From the NCBI GenBank assembly GCA_965217585.1, contig OZ244561.1, positions 96,001-160,000 on the forward strand: a stretch of 64,000 nt of DNA, written 5' to 3'. The notes under the pieces were generated by a model. The model saw only the letters and a program-made list of their open reading frames with translations, made no database searches and was not told the DNA's origin. This DNA is from Candidatus Latescibacterota bacterium. Lineage in GTDB: Bacteria > Latescibacterota > UBA2968 > UBA8231. Position numbers and translations under genes: made by a program. This document shows positions 28,389 to 36,685 of the stretch, one piece after another (the stretch's first letter is position 1; every line of letters starts with the position of its first letter).

Positions 28389-30092
28389 ATGACCGCGACC
28401 CAGTCCTTTCCGTGCGAGTGCATCCGCTCGCTCCTCTGTCTCTCGGCCCTTTTCCTCGCGTCCTGCGGCGGCCAGCCCGAACAGCCCGAAGCGCAGGACG
28501 TCGTCCTAGCGACCGTAGCCGACGACCCCATTACCCTCGCCGCCTTTACCGAGTTCAGCGCGCTCATCCCAGAGGGCATGAAAAAGGGCGACACCCCGCT
28601 CGCCAAGAACCGCCAAGTCCTCAACAGCTTGATCGACAAGCGGCTCTTGCTCGCCGAGGCCGAGGCCATTCAGCTAGCCGACGATCCCGCGTTCCAAGCC
28701 GAGCTGGCCTTCTTTGCCAAAAACCGCCTGCTCGAATTGTACACCCGGCTCGAAATATCCCAAAAGATCGTCATTACCGATGAGGAGATGGAAACTCATT
28801 ACCGAGCTACCCACCGCGATCGCGCCCTCCGCTTCAGCGGCATCATGCTAAAGACCCGCGAAGAAGCCGAGGAAGTTTTGCAGGCCGTGGCCGACGGAGC
28901 ACAGTTTATGGAGTTGGCCAAGGGGCGTTCTCTGCACCGCGATAGTGGCGAACAGGGTGGCGATGTGGGGGGCTATAAGCTCAAGGACAAGGTCCAGCCG
29001 GCTATTGCCGAAGCGATCTTCCCCCTCGCCGTGGGCGAGGTATCCGAACCCATCCGCTTCCAGTTTGCCGGCAAGCCCCACTACACGGTCTTTCAAGTCA
29101 CCGACGAGATGCCACTGCCGCTCGCCGCTTCCGAACGCAAGGTGCGGGAGGAAATTTTCGGTCGCAAGCAGGCCGGCCGCTACCAAGCCCTCCTCGACTC
29201 GCTCAAAGGCGCGTACGGCCCCGAGCTGCACCCCGAGCAGATTCGCCACCTCAACCTGCACAGCCAGCAGGCCGAGGGCGATCTGTACGCCCTGCCGACC
29301 GCGGTGAGCGACAAGTCTATCGTCTCCTTTCGCGGCGGCCAAATCAGTTGCCACGAGTTCATCCAGATGGCGCAGCAAATGCGTGCTGGCCGGCCGGAAT
29401 TGGCCGACTCCGCCCGCGTCGCCTTCCTCCTCGAAACCGCAATCATCCCCGCCTTTCTCTTCGCCGCCGAGGCCCACAGCCGCGGCCTAGAAGAAGATCC
29501 CGACCTGCGCCAGCTCATCCGCGACAAGCGGGACGACCTGCTCCTCAACGCCCTACGCCAGCGCTACGTCGATCAACACATCACAGCCACCCCAGAGGAA
29601 GCCCGCGCCTTCTACGATAGCCACCCGGAGAAATTCGCCGCACCTCTGACGACCGAAGTGGTAGAAATTCTCGCGTCTTCCGACTCTTTGGCCCAGCGGC
29701 TCAAGCGCGAGATCCTCGCCGGTGCCGATCCAGTGCCCCTAGCCCACGCCCACACCCTTCGCCCCGGTGCCGACCACCACGGCGGGCACCTGACCCTCAG
29801 CCCCTACACCAAGGCGTACTATCAGGATATCTACGACTTGGCGCATTCTCTGCCCGTCGGCCAAGTCGGCGGTCCAGTGCAGGTACAGGGCGGATACTCG
29901 GTCTTCAAGGTCCTCGACCGCCACCAGAAAAAGCACCCCTACGACGCCACATCCCGTCGCCGCGCCACGGCTTACGTAAAGATCGACAAGTCCAAGCGCG
30001 GCTACGTGCGCTACGTGCACGGCCTGCGGGAGCAGTACCTAGTCGAGGAGTTTGCAGACGCGATAGCGCGCGCCTTCGGCGCACCCAATTGA
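28389..30092 (+). CDS. Parvulin-type peptidyl-prolyl isomerase lipoprotein (SurA/PrsA/PpiD-like, duplicated architecture)
   Basis: LASC lipobox; F.ELA...S.....GGD.G and L.VG.VS.PI; second parvulin-like domain. Confidence 0.85.
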   Translation: MTATQSFPCECIRSLLCLSALFLASCGGQPEQPEAQDVVLATVADDPITLAAFTEFSALIPEGMKKGDTPLAKNRQVLNSLIDKRLLLAEAEAIQLADDPAFQAELAFFAKNRLLELYTRLEISQKIVITDEEMETHYRATHRDRALRFSGIMLKTREEAEEVLQAVADGAQFMELAKGRSLHRDSGEQGGDVGGYKLKDKVQPAIAEAIFPLAVGEVSEPIRFQFAGKPHYTVFQVTDEMPLPLAASERKVREEIFGRKQAGRYQALLDSLKGAYGPELHPEQIRHLNLHSQQAEGDLYALPTAVSDKSIVSFRGGQISCHEFIQMAQQMRAGRPELADSARVAFLLETAIIPAFLFAAEAHSRGLEEDPDLRQLIRDKRDDLLLNALRQRYVDQHITATPEEARAFYDSHPEKFAAPLTTEVVEILASSDSLAQRLKREILAGADPVPLAHAHTLRPGADHHGGHLTLSPYTKAYYQDIYDLAHSLPVGQVGGPVQVQGGYSVFKVLDRHQKKHPYDATSRRRATAYVKIDKSKRGYVRYVHGLREQYLVEEFADAIARAFGAPN

Positions 30093-30479
30093 AATTGAGC
30101 TGGATCGTGCTCCTGCTCTTTTTGCTCGCTTGGGGCTGCGCCCGCGACAACCCTCTTTTAGCCGAGGGCCAGCAGCACTTTCGCAACCGAGACTACCAAG
30201 CCGCGATTGAGGTCTTGCAGCGAGCCTTGCAAGGCCCGTCTCCATCGCAATCCGCCTATCGCTATCTAGGGCGTTGCTACCTGCAAGTCGGCCCAGTACG
30301 AGCAAGCGCGAGAAACAGCGCACGCCGGCCTAGCCCGCGCCCCTAGCGACCCCGAGCTCTACGATCTACTCGGTGCCATTGAGATGACCCTCAGCGACGC
30401 ATACCAGCAATTGGGACACCTGCAAAAAAGTCGAGCACATCGCGCAAAAGCGCGGCAGCTAGCACACGAGGCCCGGTAG
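30089..30479 (+). pseudogene. TPR lipoprotein with apparent frameshift near 30293
   Basis: Removing one C from GGCCC joins YLGRCYLQVG to QYEQARETAHAGLARAPSDPELYDLLG...; TAG lies 4 nt before the next start. Confidence 0.7.
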
Positions 30480-30483
30480 CCTC

Positions 30484-32388
30484 ATGTCATATCAACGCAT
30501 CCTCTACTGGGCGGCCTGCTACCTTGCCGTAGCCCTCCCAACTCACGCGCTCACCATCTATCGCATCGGCGGAGCCGACCTGCCCAAACCGGCGCTGGAA
30601 ACCGAGTACGAGTTCGTGCAGCTAGCTTGGGAAGCCGTTGATCCCAAGCAGCACGGCCAAGCCCAATGGATCGCGCTGCAGCCAGAACGCATCGGCCCGT
30701 TGTTGCTAACTCCCTCGGTCAACTTGGCACCGCTCGTAGAATCCCTCGGCGGTCGCATCCTCGTCCTAGAGTGGAATGGCTGGCGGGAGTGGTACGAAGA
30801 CGACCTCCTGATCTTCGACGGCGACCCGGAAACCGCTTATCTGGGGGATGGGCACTATCTCCGCGTCGTCGGCTATGGCCCCCAGCGCAAGTACTGGGTC
30901 TTCGACTTTGGGGGGTGGTTCTTCGTCGATCGCGTGCGCTTTTATCCGCGCCCGCGCTTTGCGACAACCCGCTTTGTCGAGAGCTTCATCGTGGGGACCA
31001 GCGATGGCGATCCCCTCGCCGATGGCACCCGCGAGTACGCGGTTAGCTGGCGCAACAGCACGCTCGACTTCGACATCGTCCATCGCGTGAACGAGAATAC
31101 TCAAGCCGTCATGGAGTTGGCCCTGCCCGACGAACCCATCCAGCAGGTGTTCATCGAGTTACCCGAAAACAGTCGCGGTATCTGGGAAATCGCCGAATTC
31201 GAAATCTACGGGTCTGGGCCAGCCGCCTTCTCCCGCTACACTTCCAACATCATCGACTTGGGCCAACCGGCCGCCTTGGGTGTCTTGACTTGGGGCGGCC
31301 ATCTCGATGCTGAGGCCCGCATTGAACTGAGTGCACGCACGGGCGACGACGACGACCCCAACACCTATTGGCGGCGCACGTTTCGCGGCGACGAGCGCAC
31401 CCGCTTCGACGCCGCTGGCCAACCGCTTACTCTGCGCACCTACGACCGCCTACAACGGGGTGAGCAGATCGGCCTCACCCCAGACATTGAGGACTGGGAC
31501 TTCTGGAGCGCGCCCTTTGCCTTTGCCGCAGGTGGCGGGCCGATGCCGGGCGATCAGCTGCGCCGCTACGCGCAATTTAGGGCCGAATTCCACTCGACCG
31601 CCGAGGCGACGGGTCACCTCGCCTACTTGCAGTTCAGCGCGTCCATCCCGCCGCCGGCCGCCCAAGCCCTCGGACAAATCCACCCGCTACAAGCCCCGGC
31701 TCTGACCCCGACGCTCTTTACCTTCCACCTAGAGCCGCACATCACAGCCGACGATCTCGGCTTCGACCACCTAGCCATTGCCACCACCGCACAGGTTCAG
31801 ACCGTGGAGGCCGTGCGGGTCGGCGGGGTCGACGTCGCCTACACCATCGCACAGCATACCGCCGAGGGATTTGAAGTCGCACTGCCGCGCATGGACCAGC
31901 AGCGGACCGACGAGCGGATCGAGGTCGATTTCCGCGCCGAGGTATTCGCGTACAACACCCGCTTTACAGGGCGAATCCGCGACAGCACCCGCCCGTTTGA
32001 AGTTGCCCAGCCCGTGACTCCGAAGGCGACCAACAGCCTGCAAGTGGCCTTACTCAGCCTAGACCAGCCGCTCATCGGCCGCCTCGCGCTGCATCCGGCG
32101 GCCTTCACCCCCAACGGCGACGGCCGCAACGACGCCGTGCTGATCGAATACGACCTTCTATATCTAGTGAATGCGATTCAAGTGGAGCTCGAGATCTTCG
32201 ACCTCGCTGGCCGCAAGATGGGGGTCATCTACGACGGGCCTGCCACCAGTGGCCGCTTTGCCGTCGAGTGGGACGGCCGCACCCCCAGCGGCGGCCTTGT
32301 GCCGCCGGGGTCCTACCTCGTCCGCCTCACCGCAGAAACCGACCGCGGCCAACAGCGACGCCAGAGCCTCGTCTCCGTCGTCTATTGA
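30484..32388 (+). CDS. Secreted discoidin-like protein with FxPNGDG/FlgD-Ig C-terminal domain
   Basis: 634 aa; LTIYRIGG, WEIAEFEIYG, FTPNGDGRND; colinear with 13395 and 15323 proteins. Confidence 0.75.
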   Translation: MSYQRILYWAACYLAVALPTHALTIYRIGGADLPKPALETEYEFVQLAWEAVDPKQHGQAQWIALQPERIGPLLLTPSVNLAPLVESLGGRILVLEWNGWREWYEDDLLIFDGDPETAYLGDGHYLRVVGYGPQRKYWVFDFGGWFFVDRVRFYPRPRFATTRFVESFIVGTSDGDPLADGTREYAVSWRNSTLDFDIVHRVNENTQAVMELALPDEPIQQVFIELPENSRGIWEIAEFEIYGSGPAAFSRYTSNIIDLGQPAALGVLTWGGHLDAEARIELSARTGDDDDPNTYWRRTFRGDERTRFDAAGQPLTLRTYDRLQRGEQIGLTPDIEDWDFWSAPFAFAAGGGPMPGDQLRRYAQFRAEFHSTAEATGHLAYLQFSASIPPPAAQALGQIHPLQAPALTPTLFTFHLEPHITADDLGFDHLAIATTAQVQTVEAVRVGGVDVAYTIAQHTAEGFEVALPRMDQQRTDERIEVDFRAEVFAYNTRFTGRIRDSTRPFEVAQPVTPKATNSLQVALLSLDQPLIGRLALHPAAFTPNGDGRNDAVLIEYDLLYLVNAIQVELEIFDLAGRKMGVIYDGPATSGRFAVEWDGRTPSGGLVPPGSYLVRLTAETDRGQQRRQSLVSVVY

Positions 32389-34025
32389 CGCGGCTCGACG
32401 ACGGTCAGGACCTGGTCGGCGGCAATGTCGCTCAGCACCTGGACCGCCCCGCTGGGCCAGCGCACTTCGAGCCGATCGACGCGCTCGGCCTTGCCCAAGC
32501 CAAAGTGCAGCCGCAGATCGCTGTGGGACAAATAGCTTCCCCCGCTTTGCACCTCGGCGTGCTGGGTCTGCCCGCCGGCCCTAATGATCACCCGTGCACC
32601 AATCCCGTCGCGGTTGCTCGCCGTGCCTACCGCGCGCACTAACAAGTAGTGATTGCCGTGGTCGCCGTCGTTGCGCAACAGAGTTGGCGGGCCGTTGAGA
32701 TTGAGAATGAATAAGTCGATATCGCCATCGCCGTCGTAGTCGGCGAAACTGGTCCCGCGGCTGACGCGGCGCAAGGCAAAGCCCGGACCGGCCGCGGCCG
32801 ATATCTCCACCAACCGCCCTTCCCTATTCTCAAACAGCGAGTTGGCTTGTTCGTAGCTGGAGTTGACCCTCGGTAGGTCGGCCTGCGGGTAGGTGTGGCC
32901 GTTGGCCACGAAAAGATCGCGGTCGCCGTCGTTGTCATAGTCGAAAAAGCCCGTACCCCACGAGACCAATTCGGCCGGTGCAGTCCCGATCCCCGCAGTA
33001 AAAGACACATCCGCAAAAAAGCCCCCACCTTCATTCCTGTACAGCGCGTTGTACTCGTCGGCGAAATTGGTGACGAAGAGGTCGAACAGGCCGTCGTTGT
33101 CGTAATCGCCCCAAGCGGCCCCCATGCACCCTTGCGCCACCCCTTCCCCGCTGTACGCCACCCCGGCCATGAGTGCCTCCTCGGCGAAGCGGCCGTCCCG
33201 GCGATTGCGAAAAAGCAGGTTGGGCGTGGAATCGTCGGCCACGAGCAGGTCGGGCCACCCGTCGTTGTCGTAGTCGCCGAACAAGGCACTCATGCCGTAG
33301 AATGCCTTGCCCTGCAGCCCAGCCTGTTTCGTCCACTCTGAGAACGTCCCGTCGCCATTGTTGCGGTAAAACACATCCGCGGCCGGCAGCAGGCCCACCG
33401 GCCCGCAGTACACCTTCACGTTCTTCCACAGGCAGGGTATTGGAGACTCGTAGTCGCGAGAGAAATCCACGTAATTGGCCACGTACAAATCCACGTCGCC
33501 ATCGCGGTCGTAATCCCCAAAGCTGGCACCGGTGCCCCACCCCATATCGCCCACGCCAGCCGCCGTGGTCACATCGGCAAAGCGACCCACGCCGAGATTG
33601 CGATATAGAGTGTTGCGACCAAAGTTGGTAACGTAGAGGTCCGTGTGACCGTCGTTGTCGTAATCGGCCGCCGCGCATCCCATCGACCAACTCGTATCCC
33701 CCACGCTAGCCGCGACCGTCACATCGGCAAAGCGACCGCCGTCGTTGCGGTAGAGCTGGTTGGCTGGATGCTCGCCCGCGACAAAGCCCGCAAAGGAAGA
33801 GCCATTGGCCACGTACAAATCCACGTCGCCATCGCGGTCGTAATCGAAAAAGGCCGCACCGCCCATCATCCCTTCGACTATGTAGCTTTGGTCCGTGCCC
33901 GAGACATTGTGCTGCGTCAGGCCGGCGGCCACCGCTCGATCGACGAATTGCGCGGCGAGCGGCTCGCTCCACCCACTAGCGGCCCCGACGAGAAACCCGA
34001 CCGCACACAGCATCAACGCGCCCAC
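32382..34025 (-). CDS. CRTAC1 family (FG-GAP/VCBS repeats + ASPIC/UnbV) protein
   Basis: Repeated DYDxDGxxDLYV; NRDGIGARV, SYLS and LHFGLG. Confidence 0.9.
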   Translation of the reverse strand: MGALMLCAVGFLVGAASGWSEPLAAQFVDRAVAAGLTQHNVSGTDQSYIVEGMMGGAAFFDYDRDGDVDLYVANGSSFAGFVAGEHPANQLYRNDGGRFADVTVAASVGDTSWSMGCAAADYDNDGHTDLYVTNFGRNTLYRNLGVGRFADVTTAAGVGDMGWGTGASFGDYDRDGDVDLYVANYVDFSRDYESPIPCLWKNVKVYCGPVGLLPAADVFYRNNGDGTFSEWTKQAGLQGKAFYGMSALFGDYDNDGWPDLLVADDSTPNLLFRNRRDGRFAEEALMAGVAYSGEGVAQGCMGAAWGDYDNDGLFDLFVTNFADEYNALYRNEGGGFFADVSFTAGIGTAPAELVSWGTGFFDYDNDGDRDLFVANGHTYPQADLPRVNSSYEQANSLFENREGRLVEISAAAGPGFALRRVSRGTSFADYDGDGDIDLFILNLNGPPTLLRNDGDHGNHYLLVRAVGTASNRDGIGARVIIRAGGQTQHAEVQSGGSYLSHSDLRLHFGLGKAERVDRLEVRWPSGAVQVLSDIAADQVLTVVEPRQ

Positions 34026-35881
34026 TATTCCTGCTCCACAACCAAGAACCGATCGACCGGCTCGCTATGCCGCTCTTGCACGCTGCCATCGGGCCAAGTG
34101 ATCTCGATCCGCTCCACGAGCGCGCAATCGCCCAAGCCAAAGTGCAACCGGCTATCGCTCGCCGACAGATAGGTGCCCCCGCCAATCCGCTGGCGCGTTT
34201 GCACCACACCGCCGCAGAACACCCGCACCCGCGCACCGACGGCGTCGCGGTTCGCCCGCGTCCCCACCAACCGCAGGGACAGCCAGTGATGGCGCTGCCT
34301 CAACTCATTGCGGTACAGCCGCGCCGCGCCATTGACGTTGGTCACCAGCACGTCCAAGTCGCCGTCGTTGTCGCAATCGCCATAAGCGGCTCCGCGCGAC
34401 ACCGCGGACAGCCCAAAGGCCGGACCGCTGCGGGCCGACACGTCGGCGAATGTGCCGTGGCCATCGTTGGCAAAAAGCTGGTTGGGCTGGGCGTGGGTCA
34501 ACTGCGAGTCCTGTAAGGCGATGCGGTCGAGAACGTGGCCGTTGGCCACGAACAAATCCACGTCGGCGTCATTATCGACATCGGCAAAAAACGCGCCAAA
34601 CCCCAGCGGCAGCAAAGTCGGCCCGCGCAGACCAACCGCTGCGGTCGCATCGGCAAAGCGGCCGTCGCCCTCGTTGCGATAGAGCGTGTTGCTTTCGCGG
34701 GAAAAATTGGTCACCAACAGGTCGGCATCTCCATCGGCATCTCCATCGCCGACCGCGACCCCCATACCGGCCTCGGCTTGGCCGTCGCCATTGTACGCCG
34801 CCCCGGCCGCCAACCCGGCCTCGGCAAACGTGCCGTCGCCGCGATTGCGATAGAAAAAATTGCGCGTACCGTCGTTGGCCACATACACATCGAGCAACCC
34901 ATCGGAGTCAAAATCAGCGGCCACCACCCCCAGCCCTTTGCCAAAGGGACTGAAAACCCCGCTGGCCTGCGCCACCTCGGAGAAATGCCCGTCCCCCTCG
35001 TTGCGAAAGAGCGCGTCTGGCGCGCCGTTGTAGCGCCTCGGGCTGCAATAGGTTCGCTGGCCGGCCGGAACGCGCAAGGAGGCCCCGGCACTAGCTACCG
35101 CGCCGCCGCACAAGCGGTTGGTGTCCGGCGTCAAGTCGAGGTAATTAGCCACGTAGAGGTCGAGATCGCCATCGTTGTCGTAGTCGAAAAAGGCCGCGCT
35201 CGTGCTCCAGTGGGGATCGGCCACACCAGCGGCCTGCGCCCGCTCGGCAAAGGTCCCGTCTTCCTGATTGTGATAGAAGGCATTGCGGCCATAGTTGGTC
35301 ACGTAGAGATCCGCGCGACCGTCGTTGTCGTAATCGCCGACCGCGACTCCCATGCCGTAGCCTAGATCGCCGGTCCCGGTTTGCGCGGAGACCTCGCGGA
35401 AGGCCCCGTCCATATTCTGGTAGAGGCGGTTTTGCGTCTGGCCTGCGCCGGGAGCCTGACGCAGCGCCGCCATCGAAGTATCCACTCGGCCGTCGTAGCG
35501 CAGGGGCGGCCGGAAGTCCTCAACGACCCAAGTACCCGCCGAATCCCCGGCCACGAGGTTGACCGGCACCAAGCGCTCGCGCCACGGCGACAGGTCGAAG
35601 CCATCCACTAAATACACGTCCAACCAGCCATCGTTGTCGTAGTCGAAAAAGGCCGCGCCAGCCCCCATCGTCTCAATCAGGAAGTAATCGCCGCTGGCCC
35701 CACTGGTGTGGCGGAAGTCCAGACCGGCCTCGTCGGCCACCTCGACGAAAAAGGCCGCGCGCTCGGGTGCGCCACAGCCGCAGCACAGGAGGAAAAAAAC
35801 CAAGATCGGGAGCAAAATGGATGAATAATGGGCGTAGCGGTTCACCGCAAAAAAATAAGTCCCACCTACAAATAGGGCCAA
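34025..35881 (-). CDS. CRTAC1 family (FG-GAP/VCBS + ASPIC/UnbV) protein
   Basis: Same motifs; start may be GTG at 35845. Confidence 0.9.
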   Translation of the reverse strand: MALFVGGTYFFAVNRYAHYSSILLPILVFFLLCCGCGAPERAAFFVEVADEAGLDFRHTSGASGDYFLIETMGAGAAFFDYDNDGWLDVYLVDGFDLSPWRERLVPVNLVAGDSAGTWVVEDFRPPLRYDGRVDTSMAALRQAPGAGQTQNRLYQNMDGAFREVSAQTGTGDLGYGMGVAVGDYDNDGRADLYVTNYGRNAFYHNQEDGTFAERAQAAGVADPHWSTSAAFFDYDNDGDLDLYVANYLDLTPDTNRLCGGAVASAGASLRVPAGQRTYCSPRRYNGAPDALFRNEGDGHFSEVAQASGVFSPFGKGLGVVAADFDSDGLLDVYVANDGTRNFFYRNRGDGTFAEAGLAAGAAYNGDGQAEAGMGVAVGDGDADGDADLLVTNFSRESNTLYRNEGDGRFADATAAVGLRGPTLLPLGFGAFFADVDNDADVDLFVANGHVLDRIALQDSQLTHAQPNQLFANDGHGTFADVSARSGPAFGLSAVSRGAAYGDCDNDGDLDVLVTNVNGAARLYRNELRQRHHWLSLRLVGTRANRDAVGARVRVFCGGVVQTRQRIGGGTYLSASDSRLHFGLGDCALVERIEITWPDGSVQERHSEPVDRFLVVEQE

Positions 35882-35896
35882 TCGGGCGGCAGTTAC

Positions 35897-36025
35897 CTGC
35901 GCAAGCTCGGCGCAGAGGTTTCACAGGCCATCTGCGTGATTGACCGCGAATCCGGTGGCACCGAGAGCCTAGCCCGAGCAGGCATTGAGCTCCACGCCTT
36001 ATTTCGGATGAGCGAACTGCAGTGA
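35897..36025 (+). pseudogene. pyrE: 3' fragment of orotate phosphoribosyltransferase
   Basis: LRKLGAEVSQAICVIDRESGGTESLARAGIELHALFRMSELQ* matches the PyrE C-terminus; no start or N-terminus. Confidence 0.75.
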
Positions 36026-36070
36026 CGGTGAGTAGAACGGCTACCCAAATCCCTTCCGCCGATTAATCCG

Positions 36071-36138
36071 GCGATTCTTTTCTTTCTGCGACAAAAAATC
36101 ACTTGACAAATCGCCCAATCGCGTATTATTTAGCGATT
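36071..36138 (+). promoter_or_regulatory. Putative promoter/operator of the BlaI operon
   Basis: TTGACA 36103-36108; AATCGC/GCGATT boxes at 36071, 36109, 36117 and 36133. Confidence 0.45.
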
Positions 36139-36221
36139 CAAAAGGCTAATTTATTCGCGTTTTGTCATCCCGCCGCTCCGAGGCCTCCGGACCCTGAGAC
36201 GGCTTCCAAAGAGAAAGTACT

Positions 36222-36605
36222 ATGCCCCGCAAACGCACCGAGGGTCTCACCGATCGCGAGGCCGAAATCATGGCCGTCCTCTGGCAAATGGGCCAAGCCA
36301 GTGTCGAGGACATCCGCCAGCGACTCGAAGGCCGCCCCGCCGCCAGCACTGTGCGCTCATTGCTAGCCATTATGGCCGAGCGCGGCTTAGTGGCCGACGA
36401 CAATACCGTGTACGCCAAGAAGTACCGCCCCAAACTCGACCAGAGCCAAGCCCAAGACTCGGCCCTGCGGCGCGTCATTGACCGCCTCTTTTCCGGCTCA
36501 ACCGAAGAACTGCTGGTGCGTCTGATCGACGAAGGTGCCGTGGACAGCGCCCAGCTTGAGCGCCTGCAAAAACGCCTGCGGGAACGCCGCGATCAAAACG
36601 AATGA
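36222..36605 (+). CDS. BlaI/MecI/CopY family transcriptional repressor
   Basis: LTDREAEIMAVLW, STVRSLL and LFSGS motifs. Confidence 0.9.
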   Translation: MPRKRTEGLTDREAEIMAVLWQMGQASVEDIRQRLEGRPAASTVRSLLAIMAERGLVADDNTVYAKKYRPKLDQSQAQDSALRRVIDRLFSGSTEELLVRLIDEGAVDSAQLERLQKRLRERRDQNE

Positions 36606-36685
36606 TAATATGAAATCGGAGAAGCCGCGTCCCGCAGGTGGACTCGATGGGTCACACCCTTAAACCAAAATTGGAGAAGAGAGAT

